A stretch of 64,000 bases of DNA from Octopus sinensis (lineage: Eukaryota). Positions 13,186 to 26,289 of this stretch are shown in pieces. The stretch is taken from positions 31,868,001-31,932,000 of the forward strand of contig NC_043002.1 of the NCBI RefSeq assembly GCF_006345805.1, written 5' to 3'. Both the position numbers and the translations under genes were made by a program. The stretch's first letter is position 1; each line of letters starts with the position of its first letter. The notes beneath the pieces are model-generated. The model was not told the origin of the DNA, ran no database searches, and saw nothing but the letters and a program-made list of their open reading frames with translations.

Positions 13186-13878
13186 ATATATATATATACA
13201 TATATATATATATGTTCATGCAATATATTTTTTATATATCTATCTATACATATTTACAATGTGTTTATATGTGTGCGTATCAACACACAAGCGTGTGCAT
13301 GTGTATGTATGTGCTGTACTGGCTAATGTATGCATAAAATGCGCATATATAAACTTGTATGCATTTATGTATGTATATATGGATTTTTATTAACTTCACA
13401 AATTTTCTATTCCTTTAATCTGCTATTCCTACTCTGATGATCAAACGGAAGATTAATTAGCATAAATTTGTCTTTAATAGGAGATGGAAATAGTGAGGTT
13501 GAGATTTTGAAATTGTGTGAATATATTACAGTTTAATAGAGCCTGTTATAGTCTGACCTCTCTTCTCATTTTTATCCTCCAATATTAGAGAGCATTTTTT
13601 TTCTGTCTTTTTCTTTTTACTTATTGTAAAGCAATACATAATACAAAACATATCTATTTATGCTTTATGCTTCTTTTTTCATTTTCTAATGATATTTTTC
13701 TTTGCTTTAAATTTCGTTTTTATTATGTTCTTTTCATTTGCTTTGATTTTTTTTTCAAAAACTTTTCAAAGATGATGATTTTTGTTTTTGCAATATTTTT
13801 TGTTTCTCTTTTCCGGTTGTTATTCATTTTCAAATTTTCCACCATAATATGATGCTCTTTTGTTCTGTTTTTATATTT

Positions 13879-14440
<562 letters not shown>

Positions 14441-14623
14441 TTGTAGTATTTATTAACCTCATTATTATTTTGATATGTCATTTTGTTATGGTTTTCTTTG
14501 ATTTAAATTTGGTTGTCATCAACATTTTCTTTTATTTCTCTAATCTTGTTTTTGTCTTCTTCTACTATCATCATTTACAATATATATATATATATATATA
14601 GTGTAAGTATACGCGTAAACTAG

Positions 14624-14672
<49 letters not shown>

Positions 14673-16889
14673 AAATATATATGTATGTATGTACACATAT
14701 ACTTACATAAAATGTGCACACGCATGTATTTCCATATACATTATACATCTGTGTGTAAATATTTATATATATGAAATACATTCATGTTATACAAACTCTT
14801 CAATGTGAATGCTGTCATCTTTCTTGAATAGGACCACAAAATTATAATGTAAACAAAAACAAAAACAGCATTAACAAAAACAACAACAACAATAACAATA
14901 ATAATAATAATACCGTTTACAATAAATAATAAAACAATAATAGTAATAATGATTATGATAAATAGCCTGAAAATGATAGGCAATATATTAGCGAAAAGGA
15001 CAAAAAGGACGCTAACATGAAAACATGAGAATGATAATGATTTTGATGTGTAGGAGGAAGGAAGGTATTAGAGGGAGAGGCAGAGGTGTAGGAAGATTAA
15101 GTGTGTACTTGTGTATGTGAGAGAAAAGAAATCATGGAAGTGTGGTAGTGTTAGAAGGAAAAGGAGGAAAAATTGAATGCTGCAAATGGAATGTGGAATT
15201 TAGGAGATCATAATGGCAAATTATGATAAGATTCTTGTCAGAAATTTCACGCTCCGCATCCGAACGGATTTATATTAAAACTCTCATTTGGAATACTTTT
15301 TCAGAGGATTTTATCTTTTATTTTTCAATTTTGCATTGCGTTTATAAATTTATATTCTTATTTTTAACATTGTTTTCAGCTGTTTAGAAATCTTGTTTTA
15401 CCGTTTCTTTTGTGTTATATTTTATTCGATAAATTTATAATTCGCATTTTATTTTTGTTTGCGTCAAATATTTTTGTTTCTTTTAATTTTAGATTTTTAA
15501 ATGTTGAATATTTAAGAACCTATAACATTTATTGGTGATTTGTATTAATTTGGATTTAATATTTTTCTTTTTAATTTTTCTTTTTTCCTCAGTTTATTTG
15601 ATTTTATTTTTGAAGAGGGTGTCATTTCGTCGTATGTTTTTGTGTTTTACTCTTGAATTTATATTTTTAATTTTCCTCTTTCCGCTCAACGATTTTTCAC
15701 TTGATTAGCGAAGAGATTATTCTTTACATGTCAAAAATGGCTCATTTGAAGAGCGCTTGTTAATTCAGTGACAGATTATGTACAATATTTACAACACTGA
15801 GTTTCGTTGCAGTCAGCTCACAATGGCTGAGTGGAGAGATAATTTGTCGGTTTTTCGCTTGATGGCTTTATCAGTTCGTGTTCCAGCACATATTGTTGGC
15901 AGTGTCCTCTGGGTAAAGCAATAACACTAGAAGCTTCAAACCGAATACTAAAATGAAGATAACAGGGGGAGATTGAATTCTAAGGTTACAAGAATTGTAG
16001 ACGACCTATTAAGAGAAAATATTGTTAGTTCGGATTATGATACAACTAATTGATATATCAGTCCATCAGGTTTTAAGGGAAAATAAATACCGTATTACTT
16101 CAATATGTAATTAGACATGTATTTTCATTTGCAGAGCAATAATATGTTGAGGAGTATTCCTCCTAGTCTCTGCTCCAATAGTTGTTAATCCATTTCTAAC
16201 TGGAATCCCTTATGTGGAAGTAACCAAGAATTGCAAACTGTGAAGCCAGAACAGTCATTTGATTACTAGAATGCCTGAGATTCGTCTGCATATTAATGTA
16301 ATTTGTTGCTACTTGGATAGACTACACCTTCATTCAGTTCTTATACTCAGAGGAGTGATTTATAGGAAAAAATAATGTAGAGATTGTTGACTGATTAAGA
16401 TGTAAACCTCAAGCAGTTATCATTCTCGCCTTTACTTTTGTTTCTATGAATATTTGAGATAGACCAAATTGTTACAATCATATGGAGGTACCCACTGGCA
16501 AGTAATAAAGACACTGCCATTTGTTATTTTCTAGTATGTCTCATTCAAAACACATTATGGTCTATTTAGAAATATTAAAAATGATAAAATCTTGTCCTAC
16601 GAGACTTCAAATAAATAACTGTTTAGATTTCCACACAAAAGTGCAAATGTCGAAAAGCATATATGTTTTCTTCTTTTGCTGGTACTACTAATCCATTTAT
16701 CATCTAATGCTCACTTTGTCAATCGTCGTTTTACTAAATTTAGGAATTGCATTTGTATGATAGAGACTTCATAATTTCCAAGTAGGCAACATTGTTTTAA
16801 AATATCTTAGTACTATACATACATTGGAAATGATTTTAAAGTGTTCTGAAACAGAGAATACGTTATATGTACCTCTCAACTTATCTGTG

Positions 16890-17090
16890 ACCTGGCAGAA
16901 TTGTAAGTATGCCGAACAAAATGCTTAGCGGCATTTTCTCTATGTTCTGAGTTCAAATTCGCTTCGAGTTCGACTTCACCTTTCATCTTTTTGCGGTCGA
17001 CAAGGTAAGTACCATTTCAGTACTGAAGTTGATGTAAACGATTTACCCCATCCTCCCAAAATGCTGGCCTTCTGGCAAAATTTTAAACTA
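16890..17090 (+). mobile_element. SINE family B
   Basis: ctggcagaattgtaagtatgccg..gttctgagttcaaattc..tttcatcttt..ggtcgacaaggtaagtacc. Confidence 0.75.
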
Positions 17091-17982
17091 TCATTTTAAC
17101 AGAACATAGTTTTGTAAATGAACTATGTTGTTGGAATAATCTGAACAAATACTTTCGATAATTACATTTGTTCCTCTACTAGGTGGGATTAAATATCGTG
17201 GAGCCAGTTTTGCCAGTCATCCATTCAGGGTCAGTAAATTAATATAGCAAAAGAAGAAGGATCCAGTTCATCAAATCCTCTAAGAATTTGTAAATTTATA
17301 TCAACCTATTAAATGAAGTTTCTCATTGTTCTTCATGTTGTATTTCTGTAGTAACTGATACAGTTGTATATGTACGTATTGTGTTGATTAGCTACATATT
17401 AACCCTGATCAAGCAAATCTATAACCAAAGTCATTTCAACCACGACCATCTCATCTAATTCAAGATACATGTTAGTGTCTTATTTGCTATGTATGTTTTT
17501 CTTTAAGTCGATAGGATGTGATTTGAGGAAGCTTTGATTGCTATTTCTAATAATTTGAACAAATACGAAACCGGATCCCTCATTGGCTTGATTTTTTTTA
17601 TTGTACTGTTAGAAGTGTTACTTAGCCACGGCTCTTCTCAAACTCTTCTAGATACAGCACATAGGTAATCGTTCAAGCGATGCGTTGGTTCGACCCATAC
17701 ATCCACTACTATAGACAATAGTGTATGTACACACAGATATTCAGAAATTTATTGTAATTCATTTAAAAGTTGTTCCATCTGTAATCCAAGTGTTTGCTTG
17801 CAAATATGTGAAAGTGGTAGGGCCGAGTACGGACTTCATCTTGTTGGACGTTGCTTCGTTATTGCGTCCCTAACTGCTTTACTTGTTGATCACGTCATTC
17901 ATAGTCGAACAGAACTGTGATCAAAAAATTCCACACGTGGTCAAACTGTCTTTTAAAGTTTTCTTTCGAGCTAATGGCTTCA

Positions 17983-18160
17983 AATTTTGGCACCAGGCCA
18001 AGAATTTCAAAGGAAGGCATAAGTCGATTACACTCAACTGGTACTCACTTTATCGACCTCGAAAAGATAAAAGGTAAAGTCGACCTCGGCGGAATTTGAA
18101 CTCAGAGCGTGAAGACGGACGAAACATTTTGGCAAGCGTGCTAACGATTCTGCCCGCTCT
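17983..18160 (-). mobile_element. SINE family B
   Basis: aaagtcgacctcggcggaatttgaactcagagcgt is the reverse complement of the family core. Confidence 0.85.
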
Positions 18161-18693
18161 CCATATTATGCACTTTTCTTTCCTTAAAAGGATAGAGATG
18201 AATTTCATGACGATTTGGTTGTTATTAAAAAAGACGAGATACCATTCAAAGGTTTCCCTGCTGTCTTGTACTACTTTAGCTGTTAATGCCAGTATCAACT
18301 AAATTTCATAGAACTGATGCTGTTTAGCCATAGGTCACTCTTCAGTCAGTAAACTTATGGTCAAAGAGCCTTTGTTCGTAACAATCATGGCTTATTTTCA
18401 GGAACAGCATATCTAAGACTACATTATCATTCATAAATGACCTTACTTTTCTCAAGACAGAAGGATGAACCAGTAGTGAGACCTAAGTCCTATTTCCAGC
18501 AACTTGACCAACCACGTAACGCTTCTTGGTAGGTACTTGGATTCTCCTGTCCTTGATATTAACATTGTTGTTTTTTTATTTTTGTCATGTTGGTTTTGTG
18601 CTAATGCTGTTTGCTGCAATACTTGCTTTTATATTGTTATCCGTGCTGCTATGGTTAATAATGTTGAACCTGACACAATCATTGTATATTTGA

Positions 18694-19088
18694 CTAGCAG
18701 TATCGCCCGGCGTTGCTCGGGTTTGTAAGGAAAATAACTATATAAGCATTTTTAGAGAGTTATAGCCAAAAAATAGCAAAAAATACATTAAAAATGGAAA
18801 AAAAATTATGGTAAATTTTTTTTAATTCGTTGACTCATCGTAGACATTTTTAGAGAGTTACTTCCCTTATATAATAGCGAAAAAACTACATTAAAATGGA
18901 AAAAATAATGGTAATTTTTTTTTAAATCGTAGACTCATAGTAGACGCGCGCTAATACCATGAAGAGCTCGATATGAATCACGACTATAAGATACCCGGTT
19001 TTGGTTAAACTGCACCGCAAAATGTGAGAGCAGTTAGGAATCTAAATTGTAGGAGACAGACACACAACCTCTCTTTTATATATAAAGA
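18694..19088 (-). mobile_element. Non-autonomous Helitron
   Basis: Minus strand begins A|TCTTTATATATAAAAG and ends in the GC-rich hairpin CCGAGCAACGCCGG followed by CTAG|T. No TSD. Contains an internal ~105-bp tandem duplication. Confidence 0.85.
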
Positions 19089-19320
19089 TATTTCTGTTTT
19101 GCCGAGTTGATTTGACTGTATTTGCCTTGTTTGTTAGTACTGCTTTTGTGCCTGTTTGTACTTTTCTATATGTCGTTAGTACAGCAGTTGCTATTGCCTT
19201 TCTGTAGATGTTGCCATAGTTTTATCTAGGTGTTTCCATTGTCTTTCTGTTATTGACAATATTGCATTTGTGTAGATGTTTCTCTTCTCACATACGCGCG
19301 CACGCACACACACTACGTGC

Positions 19321-19353
<33 letters not shown>

Positions 19354-19383
19354 ATATATATGACCACGCATGTATGTGTGTGC

Positions 19384-19441
<58 letters not shown>

Positions 19442-19961
19442 ATAAAATCTTTAAAAAGCCAGGAGGTGTGAGAGGTGAATATATTTATTTAACCTCTTGA
19501 CATATAAAGGATGACCGCCGTTTCACAGTCTTCTTCATGTAGAAATAATTTTAGTATGAAATAAATTCATGTTTACATGTTTGTATTAATATACATGCTA
19601 TGCATTATATAATACAATTGTATATTCACAAATCAATGCAAACAAAGAAACCTAGCACATCAGATCAACAGAACGTCATGGTTACTTCTGCAATTCAATT
19701 CTTAATATTGGTTTTCTGCTGTTATTAAACTCCAGATTAGTCTTCTTTGAGCAGGCTTAAAACAAAAGCGTTATATCGTGACCATCCCGTCTATTTACTA
19801 TAGATATAATGTACCTAGAACTAATGCATTTTATGCAACGAATAAAGTACATTTTATTATAGACTAAAGCCGGCCTTATTAATGTATTCGCGATAGGCGT
19901 GGGGTTGGCAAAATCGCTAGGTCGTCATGCGAAATAATTGTAAGCGTTTCCTCCGACTCTC

Positions 19962-20920
19962 TCTTTTTTTATTTTTTAATAGTTTCAGCTCGTGAGAATC
20001 GGGTATATTGGGGCACCGCTGTTAACTTTGCTACGCTTTTACTAATTAAAACCTTTTCTGGTGTGTGGCATTTGGTGAATGGGGGAATTTGACGCTGCTA
20101 TCTACATCCGCGTTCCACGCCGCAAGGTAGATTCTGTAGCTCTCGAGAGGAGATTTAGTTTTGTTTTGAAGGAGTCCACATCCATCCCATGTAGGTCTCA
20201 CAGACTTTTGTGGAGGATACTGAGGAGCTGTGGACTGCTGGGACCCAAGCTGGGATTTTAAGCACTATGCAGTGTTTCCCTGTGCTGCAGTTTGTGTATC
20301 ATTCAATGCCAAAATTTGGTACTAGTTCTTCCAGGATTTTCCAGATCTATATCACTGCATATGTTTCCTGCATTCATTCTAAGGAGCAGAGTTTTAACTT
20401 TCTCAGTTTTTCCCTGTAGCTGATTTGCCGCATTGAGACGTTCGTCTTTGTGTAGCTTCGCAGGATTGCTTCGATTAATTTTGCACTGTGTGGTAATCAT
20501 AGTTCAAAGTGGGTAGTCTAAGCGGCTGAGAACATATGTCCTCTAGAGGACCATAATGATTTCTTGTTCTCTTGTTCTGGAAGTTTTGATGATCCATCCG
20601 GCCAGCCGCCTATGTTTTATTCCCAATTTAGTAATATGTACCCGGAAAGATTCATCGTCACTCATACCAATGTTCTACTGGTGCTGATTCAAGGATTGCA
20701 ATCCCTCTTACGCCAATCTATCCTGTTTACATCTCATTCAACTTCGTGTGCTTGGAGCGCAGGGCTTGCAATTTTCCAACATGCTATTGTCCTAAACCTA
20801 CCTGAATATTGCGTTCTACTTCTGTTGCAGGTGGGCAACATTTTCGGAAACTTGTATCTCCTGAGAAACTTTCGTATCGTCTGCATGACTAGCAACGTGG
20901 TTATCTGAGCAGCTGAAGGC
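19962..20920 (-). mobile_element. 5'-truncated, degraded CR1-clade LINE (RT C-terminus and 3' UTR)
   Basis: Minus strand gives HADDTKVSQEIQ..HLQ, then GMSDDESFRVHITK..GWIIKT and SRLDY. The 3' end gcggtgcccc..tcacgagctgaaact with an A-rich tail matches 39414-39480. Confidence 0.8.
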
Positions 20921-21209
20921 TGTATAGGTTCTAAGTTCAAATTCTGTTGAAGTTAATTTTGCTTTACATTCGTACGTGCTTGGTGACCTAAGTAACAGTC
21001 AAGGACTTGGGTATTTGTAATAATCTTATCCTACCTTCGAAATTGCAGTTAAAATTAGAATTAACACGTTCATGACATTTTACTTAAATCTAGAAAATGA
21101 AAACTGCTGGTGATCATTTGAGCACAGTTTGGCATTTATTTCTAGGTTGTTGATTGTGGTTTGTTGCTGCTGCTGTAGTTGTTGTTAATACCTTCATTGC
21201 TGCTTCTGT

Positions 21210-21271
21210 TACTACTACTACTACTACTGCTACTACTACTACTACTACTACTACTGCTACTGCTGCTGCTG

Positions 21272-21338
<67 letters not shown>
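21210..21338. repeat. (TAC)n/(TGC)n microsatellite
   Basis: Visible directly. Confidence 0.95.
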
Positions 21339-21339
<1 letters not shown>

Positions 21340-21354
21340 TGATTTTGATGATGT

Positions 21355-21717
21355 TGCTTTGAGCGAAGCGGTCTTCTGTAGTGAGAGAAGTCCGAAACGT
21401 GGTCCTTTGCTATTCGTAAGACCCGCAGAAGAGAGAGCAGGTCAACCCCCGACACCGAGAGTATCAACGGATGGATGAATGCGCATCCAGGCTCAGCGGT
21501 TGCGTGGGAAGTCGGGGGACACGAAACAGGAAGAAAGAGTGAGAGAAAGTTGGAGCGAAAGAGTACAACAAGCGTCGCCACCACCCCCTGCCGGAACCAC
21601 GTGGAACTTTTGGTGCTTTCGCTCAATAAACACACACAACGCCCGGTCTGGGAAACGAAATCGCGATCCTCCCACCGCGAGTCCGCTGCCCTAACCATTG
21701 GGCTATTGCGCCTCCAC
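21355..21717 (-). mobile_element. SINE family C with an alternative 3' tail
   Basis: Head gtggaggcgcaatagcccaatggttagggcagcggactcgcgg is shared with the copies at 41651 and 33901. The tail differs. Confidence 0.85.
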
Positions 21718-21729
21718 TGCTGCTGCTGT

Positions 21730-21773
<44 letters not shown>

Positions 21774-22099
21774 GTGTCCTTGTTATTGCCGTTGCCATTG
21801 CACCTCCTGTATCCCTTGATCGTACATAAGCGATACTAGGGATAATAGTAGACACTACAACCTTGACCATCGCATCTTTTGTGTGGATATAGTGTATCCA
21901 AAACTTGCTCATCATGTTCTTCCCTTTTTAAAGGATGCTGATGAGTTATCTCTCCATTTCTCTCTTTCTGCATTCCATTATTTGTATTTGTCCTTCTAGC
22001 TGACCATTTTCCTTACGTTTCTTCTTATTTTCTTCATTTCTGCTCTTCGTTCGATATTTCTGTTTCAACACCGCCTTCTTTCTTTCTTTCTTTCTTTTT

Positions 22100-22154
<55 letters not shown>

Positions 22155-22669
22155 GTGTATTCTATTTTAGTTTGCTTGTAATTATTCTGAGTTTTCTTGT
22201 AACATTCGTAATGTTGTTGCTACTGCTGCTGCCGTTGTTGTTGCTATTGCATTTGTTGTTGTTGTTGTTTTTATCGGTGGTGGTTTTGTTGTTGTTGTTC
22301 TTATTGCTATCGTTTATTCTTCTTCATGTCTCGCTTCTCAAAATCTCCGCATCCCAAATGAAGCCCAAACACGATGTAATCAGTAGAGCGGATATAATTG
22401 ACCAAATATTACTTCGCCTTGTCTTTTACGCTCCAGATGTCAGAGGGTGATGTCCGAAGCTAATGATTCCAGACAAAACTATGAAATTACCAGTGTTGAT
22501 CTCTCACAGATTAACACCGAACTCAAGAAGTTGTAGTAGCTGAAGATGCGTGGGTTGGTGAGGAGCAGAGAACGCGTGGTATAGAGTAAGCTGAGAGAGT
22601 TAATTAGAGAGGGAAAAGGGAATATGATTGTATGTGAAGAGAAAGAGATTTAGAAAGAAAGGATAAGAA

Positions 22670-23250
22670 GTTTACTGAAGAAACGAAGTGGGATTTAAAG
22701 AATGGAAAAAACAGAGACTTTAAGAGGAAGTCATGTTTGAAAGAAATGAAGGCTTCAAATGAAGGAGAGTTTATTCTCAGAGTAAGATACATAGTAAAAG
22801 TGTATGATTTGTTTCAAATAGACAGGGTGAGTTAAAGAAAAAATGTATTAAGTAAGAAGAGAACGTGATAAATAAAAGTAATACAGAGTGAAAGATCGTG
22901 GAAGCGACAAATAATGTAAGAAATAGAGATGTAGAGTTCAAGAAATTGTGAAAGGAGAAGCGAATCCAGAAACTCAGTCCTTGACAACATGCTAATTTAC
23001 TGAAGGAAGGAAGTGGGATTTAAAGACTGGAAGAAGAGAGATTTTGAGGGGTAAGTAATGTTTCAAAGAAATGAAAGAGAATAAGTAAAGAGAATAAGTT
23101 ACATAGAAAAAGAAGTATGATTTTGTTAAAAATAAGACAAAATGAGTGAAAGGAGACGAAGTGACAAATACAGCAATACACAACATCTAAGTATACAGAA
23201 GCGACAAATAAAGTAAAGAATAGAAATATGGAATTCAAGATAGGAGAAGG
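22670..23250. repeat. Old tandem duplication with a period of about 325 bp
   Basis: tttactgaag..gaagtgggatttaaaga at about 22671 and 22996; gaagcgacaaataa at about 22900 and 23198. Confidence 0.75.
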
Positions 23251-23298
23251 ATGGCAGCCGCGGCGGCCGCATCGTCGTTGTCGTCATCGTCATCATCG

Positions 23299-23331
<33 letters not shown>

Positions 23332-23391
23332 CCACCACCACCACCACCACCACCATCATCATTATCATCATCATAAGCAGCAGGAGTAGTT

Positions 23392-23448
<57 letters not shown>

Positions 23449-25294
23449 ATTTCTTCAATTGCCAGATCAAGGATTGCCTTGAACATAAAGTGCACGAACC
23501 GTCACCAAGTAAATTTTCCCGCGAAACATCATTATAGTGTCATTTTGGACATACATTTCTTTTAGGGATAGCAACCTTCTCTTGCAAGTAAGAAACCGTA
23601 TTCTGTTTGCTTTTTCCATCCTACTCGAAACATTAAGTGAGTTGTTTGCGGTCATACTTCCATTTAAACTGAAAAGTTCCAGGAAAACTCATAGCTAGAA
23701 TTATTAAATTGAGGTGTGATAGTAACTAGGCAGCAACCGAAAATATCAGTTTCTCAAAAAAACACTGGTGAAAATGACGAAAATGAGGAAGTGAGAGGAA
23801 AGCGACCAAAAATATCCGTTTAAAAACAAAAACAGACAGGTAAAAAGTACAAATTTTCAGAAAATAGGCACTTGTCAAAGAAGATAGATGTGTAAAGAAC
23901 ATACATGAAGTTGTAGTTTTTTAGCAGACTACAACTTTGTTATAATGGAAACAGGCACCAATATATTTGTGGCTTTCGATTGCCATGGAATTACCCAAAA
24001 TGGTATTAACTATTTATTTATTAATTTATGGCAAAAATGAATTTCATTTCCATAGTTAGCACATAAAACTACATCAGTATACTAAATTTGAAAAACAATT
24101 GGAACAAATATGCAAAACAAGAAAACTGTCACAGTAGCAGAAAAGATCCCACCAAATCTATATGATTCAAACAGTTTGAATAAATAGTAAACAAAATCTC
24201 CATTCGAGTTTATATTTTAGTCTTATGTCTTTAGGATAAGTATAAGGACGCAAAATTGTGGGAAGTGATAAGTCTATAATATCTACTCTAGTGCTTGATA
24301 GATAATGTGTAATGATGAAAGGCATATATGAATTTGATAGGACTAAAACTCAGACATAAAGAACCGAACAAAATACCATGGATAGTATACCTTTTTGTTT
24401 TTTGCAATTAGCATTATAGGTATATGTAAAGTGAAAAGCCTTAGTTCATGAATGAAAACAATATGGAAGATACAACTCTATAAGCTTTCACCTCTTACGT
24501 AATACCAAATGATACCGCATATGTAATCATATATTGAACAACAAAAACAAGAGGCAATGGAAATGAAAAATGAACAGTAAAAAAATAATTGAATAAATAA
24601 ATAAATCATAGAAACAAAATACGTTATTAAGAAAAATGTGTAACAACGATACACGAAAAAATATCGAAAAAGAATAAAAATGTTAAAAAATAAATTTTAA
24701 AAAACCGTACGTTAAAACAAAATCTATCATCGTTCTTAGCGAGCAAAAAAATGTTGCAAAAGTTGCTTGTTTGTATTATTAAACTGCATGTTTTAAGAAT
24801 GTTTGCACAATATTTATTTTTGTTTTTGTTTTTACCATTGTTTTCTTTTTGTATATAATTCTTATACATATTTAATTATTTAAGTATTTCTGAATTTTCC
24901 TTTGATTTTCTTCACGAAACTTGTGTTTTACTGAGATGATGTCCATATACAACTAACGTAAATATATATAAAAAAACAAATTTAATGTCATTAACCGACA
25001 TGGTGTATCACAGAGAATGTATTGTATAATGACGATGTTATAAAGGCAAGAAACTTCTAAACTTAATTTTAAAAAGAAACAATTAAATTTCATCAATCTC
25101 ATCAGTGAAAACAATGTAGTATTTGAGACCCTCAAGAAATTTTTCGATTTTTATGTTCAGATTCTGTATTGTATTGCGCACCTGTATACATACATACATA
25201 CATAAATACATACATGTGTGCATATATATATATATATATGCATACACACACACTCACACACGCATATATATATATATATATGCATACTCACACA

Positions 25295-25335
<41 letters not shown>

Positions 25336-26289
25336 CGAGAATGAAAGCGTGAGCTGTATACATGTGCATATATATGGGGATTTTTTTATGTCAGTGTGTA
25401 TTACTGAGTTTTTAGATTGTGTGTTAGCTAAAGGTAGGCAGTTTCCGTTTTAAACTGCAAAAACACACACAAGCCTATATATATAGTTGTATACCCGATG
25501 TCCACTTATATTTTTTTTTACATGCTGTGTGAGCACTACACGTAGCGTGAATATACATGCGTCCGGGCTAAATTTGACAGTTTGCATAAAAGGGAACGAA
25601 AATATATTTTCCAAGAAACAATATTTAAAACAAATGCTTTTTGACTGAGTTTTGATTAAAGCTACAGCAATAAATCTGCTCAGATTTACCTCTCATCAGA
25701 ATTTTGCTTTGAAGAAGGCAAAAGAGCTAAAAAATGCTGCGTCTGGGAATCTGGTAGTGAGTAAAAATGGACAGATATGGTGTTTTTACAACTTCTACCA
25801 TAGTAAGTGCAGTGGATTTTTATCTTTAGGAGATGGATTTTGTCACAAAAACATATTTTAGCTTACCCTAAGTTCGAATAAATGCAAGAGTGGCCGTGAG
25901 ATAAGTTGCTTCCTTACCTCGCTTAAGCATGCGTGAGTTTGGCAGTCACTTATGAGAGTGAACACTGCCAAGACGTGCTTGGAAGCCGTCTTGAATTAAA
26001 GAACAGCTGAAGGCGCGACTGCAAGGTAGGCATCTGTCTTTTTAGGCATTCGGTGGGGAATTTTAAAGTTTTTGATATTGTTTTTATCTCGAATAAGAAA
26101 TCCTCACTGGTTCCCAGATATTTGTCTGCTGCGGTCGCACCGATGACTCACTTATCTGTGAGTATTGTTGTTTTGGTGGGCGTGACTCGATACCAAAATT
26201 TGGAAAATTTATGAATTCGTAGAGGAATTTTTATGTATTCTTGTGGATTACCTGTGTGGCGAAATTGTGTTGCTGTGAATTGAACTGTC

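Noticed and set aside
13433-13450. Isolated CTGATGA motifs (also at about 4838, 21938 and 57765)
   Set aside because: No correctly placed stem II/GAAA/stem III. The 4838 motif lies inside mariner sequence.
19490-19555. Minus-strand tgaaga..GAAACGGCGGTC, a possible hammerhead
   Set aside because: C3 is missing, there is no stem II or stem I pairing, and there is only one copy in the window.
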